A stretch of 62,245 bases of DNA, counting the filler, from Nemertoderma westbladi (Eukaryota; Animalia; Xenacoelomorpha), in the NCBI GenBank assembly GCA_032718475.1. It is 3 parts of 3 records of this genome, joined end to end, with 100 filler letters (N's around TTAATTAATTAA, not from the genome) between each part and the next. Parts side by side here need not be neighbours in the genome. Positions count along the whole stretch, not along the records: positions 38,639 to 62,245 come from JAUCBJ010000667.1; 2 more parts are not named here. One strand, given 5' to 3'. Below the pieces are notes generated by a model. The model did no database searches. It was not told where the DNA came from and worked only from the letters and a program-made list of their open reading frames with translations. The translations under genes were made by a program, and so were the position numbers. This document shows, piece after piece, positions 58,474 through 62,245 of this stretch (the first letter of the stretch is position 1; the number at the start of each line of letters is the position of its first letter).

Positions 58474-61400
58474 TATTTAAGTTTGTGTTAAGAAGCTACA
58501 CCTTAATATTCAAAGTCACCGTTTAACAAATCGATAAAAATTAAGGGATTATAGAGTAAATAGACCGCAACCCTGTCGGAGAAGAGTTATTGGTGGTAAG
58601 AGAAAGTGTGTGTGTTTGCTTGGTGTGGGTGGGGGGCGTTTGGGGTGGTTTGTTTCTTGCTTGGGGATAAGGACTGTGGTGGGGGGGGGGGGGGGGGGGG
58701 TGGTGGTGTGGGGATTGTATTCTTTTGTTATCTGGGGTAGAGGTGTGTTGAAGTGGGATTGTGATGGTGGGAGTGGGCGAGTGGTTTGATCGTAGTGGGT
58801 AGGAGGGGTTGTTGGGGTTTGTGTTGGTGGGCTGGAATGGAGTTTTTATTGGAAGGGGTGCGGTGGCTGCACGTTGAAATGGTGGTATTGGCTGGTGTTA
58901 TTGTTCTGTGTGATGTTGTGTATTGATGTATTAGATTATGAGGTTGGGAAGGGGTAGGGGGGGGGGGGGGGGGGGTGTTGATCGAAGTAGTGGTGTATTG
59001 GCTTATTTGTGGGGAGGTATGGATGTTAGTGGCGAGTGAGGTGTGGGGGTGGTGTTGTGATGGTGGTGGAATTGAAATTGGGTTGGGTGCACAACTTCGA
59101 GTTATGATGACTGATATCGTATGTTATGTATGTTATGTAATTTATGTGTTGTATGTAATTACGGTTATAGGCTGTGGACGCAGTGTGTGTGTGTGGGGGG
59201 GGGGGGGGGGGATATGGAAATTTTGTTATTTATGTGTTTTGTTGAGGCGGGGGCGGGTGGGGGGAAAACTGGGCGTACAGATCCCACATCGGCGAATTAG
59301 TATCTCGCCTCAATGTTAAATTATCGATTTAGGGAAATGAGCAGGTTATAGTGGAACATCATTATCGCCAAAACAATAAACGAAGGTCAATAGAACAGGT
59401 TGCATTGTTATTTTGGGGTAGTATTTCGGTAGCTTAATTTTTGTTTTTTGTTTTGTTTATTACGGCGCCCCCTCCCCCCATCGGATTGTATTAATTCTGT
59501 AATTACTTAATGTTATATAATCTATCTACAATAAATTACTTGTGAACTAAAGTATCGCGATACTTCACAACAAGAGAGAATGTAATAAAAGAAATTAAAA
59601 GAAAGGAAAAGGAAAGACCAGCAGGAAAAGGGAAGATGGTGTTGCTGTTGTTATACAATGAAATCTTATAGTTTAGTTACCTTTTTGACAGAAAATTAAT
59701 TTCTTTGATTTTACTATTTCGTATTCTCACTTTGTGTCTGGTATGTTTCGCTTCTATAGTCATTATCTCATTAACTTGTTCTAAAATTTGTATAATTCCT
59801 ATTTGTAACCATAAAATAAATAATTGTAAAACCCCAGCAACATCAGCTTGATTTCCTGCAGGAACAAACAATTACGTAATAGTGACATGTATGCTAGTCT
59901 AGATTACAGATGGAATGGCTATAATGATATAATGTCCTATTATTGCTTTCTGAATTGGTTTGTACATGTAGTCTTTCTGGTTTCATGAAGGTGGATTGGT
60001 TGGTTGGTTTCCTTAAATTTACCAGCGTTAGCCCTGTGGCTAGATTGGTCGGTTATGCTTTGGTCTTACCCAGTAGTTAATGGGCTCTTTCCAATGTTAT
60101 GTCAACACCAAGGTGCACCAATACTCTTTAGTACACCTTGGTCAACACATATCATTGTTATAGTAAATGGATTTGTGTTATGTAATATTCTGTATCAGCT
60201 GCTGGCTCCGAGGTAACTAATTCTGTGTAGCCTTGGGACTGACTGTCTCTGGGTGTTTAGTATATTGAAGACATGAAGTCTATGAAAGAGAGATAATGTT
60301 TACTTTTAACTTTGATTTATGTTGTTTGCCAGGGGCGTCCTTCTGGTTCAATGAGTTATTGGGCAGGTTTATTACATTGAAAGACTGTTTGATGCTTATG
60401 TGTAGGGGTAAACATAACGAAGTTATATTTTTATAAACATTGTCAAATTAAACAGAGTTATCAGGATGGAAGACTCATTTTGTAGTAGTATCGTCCGATC
60501 ACCTGTGACTAAAATTGATGGATTGGGATAAATAGGGCTGTAGGGTGAGAGTTGGTGTGTAAGCCGCCTGTGGAATCGAAAGAATATAATTGACTGTTTT
60601 AATTATAACATTGACCTGCGGAATCGATAAGAATTGTTAGGGAAGTAGAAATCTAATATTTATATCAAACACATGCCTGGTACTGTATCAGGGGATTGCC
60701 GCCTGTCAATATGTACACGTTCTCTGAACCCAGAGTTATACTGCCGTATTTGGGCGAATACGACAGGCTACTGTACTATACAGTACGTTTGTTGTGGTTA
60801 GTGACGGGTTGTTAGTATCTCATGCAAAATAAATGTAGGACTTTTTAATTATTTTGAGAATATTGGGACCATGCATTTTCTAACTTACAGGTTTCGTTGC
60901 ATTGCTTGATCGAACTTATCCTGAATTCTATAATGAGTGATCTTTTATTCTCCATCGTCGGTAGAGGTGTGATGTTGGGGGGGGGGAGTTGGGTTGGAGA
61001 ATGTGTTGTCAGATTCATCCATTCTTGTTGATGGTTGGTGAGGATTCTACTTCTGGCTAGGTCTGGCCTAGAGTAGAAGCAGTTCCGCGACAATAATAAT
61101 ATTGCACCTCAAAAGAGGGCCCTTACTGCATCAGGGACGCGTTTTTCGACAGAGCCCCGTCAGCTGAAACAGCCAGTGCCGCTAGTCGGTGGGGTTGACT
61201 TGTTGACGAGAGGCTATTATGAGGCGCAATGGGATACGCATTGCGTATCTCCTTCTGTCAACCAATACTGGCCATTCAGCTGTTATTACCAAATAAATTC
61301 TGACTCACCCACTAAGAAGGGGGGGGGGGGGGGGGGTGTAAAACTGTCTCTGTTTCAAATTTTGCCATTTTATTATTACTAAAAAATATTTATAAGACGC

Positions 61401-61595
61401 CGTATACAGGATGTTCTAGACGCAGAGTAAATAACTTGAATATAAAATAACATAAAATCACTTGAAAAAGGTTCAATAAAGAAAATGAAAACGTAATATT
61501 TGTAAAGTCTTTATTTGTTCAACCAAATTTTATATATTTGGTATCTGGTGAAAACTCTTATCAGTTTTATCTCATATTACTTGACATTCTATGAT

Positions 61596-61890
61596 CTGCT
61601 CCTTTCTCTCAATTGGTGATGTTATCGTTTATTGTTTTGGTTAGAAAATCCCGTCTCTGTAACCTGCTCCTTTCCCTCAATTAGTTAAATGATCGTTTAT
61701 TGTTTTGGTTAGAAAATCCCTCCTATGTAACCTGCCCCTTTCCCTCAATTAGTTAAATGATCGTCTATTGTTTTGGTTAGAAAATCCCGCCTCTGTAACA
61801 TGCTCCTTTCCCTGATTTGGTAATGTGACTGTTTATTGTTTTGGTTAGAAAATCCGGCCTTAACCTGCTCCTTTCCATCAATTGGTAATT
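61596..61890. repeat. ~68-bp tandem repeat, ~4 copies
   Basis: TTTATTGTTTTGGTTAGAAAATCCC...TGTAACCTGCTCCTTTCC unit; a lone related monomer lies at 14917-14965. Confidence 0.9.
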
Positions 61891-62025
61891 GTTTTTGGCT
61901 ATAAAATGAGTGTTTTGCTACGTCATGTGGTAATCGATTATCGACAACAACCACAAACTATTAAATTTAGAGTCTTTTTACCACAGGCGCATATGGAATT
62001 CTATCTCATAGTCTATAAATCATGG

Positions 62026-62223
62026 AATGTTTTGGCACAGGCATAGTGAAACCAACTGTCCGACAGACCAGAAATCAACAAATGTTGAATGTTTTGGCAT
62101 AGGCATGTTGAAATCAACTGTCTGACAGTCCAGAAATCAGCAGTCTGACAGTTTGAAGAAATACATACATAAAAAGTTATTAAAAGGACAACAAAAGTCA
62201 TTAAAAGGACAACAAAAGTCATT
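62026..62223. repeat. Short tandem duplications (~62 bp x2; 21 bp x2.5)
   Basis: AATGTTTTGGCA.AGGCAT...CCAGAAATCA twice; AAAAGTCATTAAAAGGACAAC repeated. Confidence 0.75.
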
Positions 62224-62245
62224 ATGCACAATTCGTAAAAAAAAG

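Overview
AT-rich eukaryotic (most likely invertebrate animal) genomic DNA, made up almost entirely of transposable elements and repeats. It is three contigs joined by artificial 100-nt spacers (N44-TTAATTAATTAA-N44 at 18002-18101 and 38539-38638), so adjacency across the spacers is not guaranteed. There is one clear host gene, exocyst subunit EXOC8/Exo84 (minus strand, 2 visible exons, start lost in the gap); its intron is bounded by a 9-bp direct repeat and contains a tRNA-derived SINE. Left part (1-12.3 kb): a tangle of LTR-retroelement pieces, including a >585-codon Gag-like ORF missing from the ORF track, a BEL/Pao pol remnant, an LTR-PBS-orphan ORF-PPT unit with a highly structured GC-rich leader, and an RTE-like LINE fragment; a hammerhead-core motif lies at 14130. 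Middle (19-38 kb): several families of non-autonomous Helitron-type elements. One forms a self-nested array (6 5' ends, 8 3' ends) whose ~150-bp internal monomers each carry an RFX X-box-like palindrome; most of the array sits inside a TIR element, inside a foldback-like element. Right part (38.6-62 kb): minisatellites, Tc1/mariner-like MITEs, a Crypton-type tyrosine-recombinase element with a 136-bp terminal hairpin, an atypical Gypsy-like element (VADD RT motif, 1509-bp in-frame pol duplication, 8-bp-TSD MITE in the protease), and an intact 1001-aa RTE-clade LINE ORF. All calls come from reading the sequence by eye; no database searches were run.
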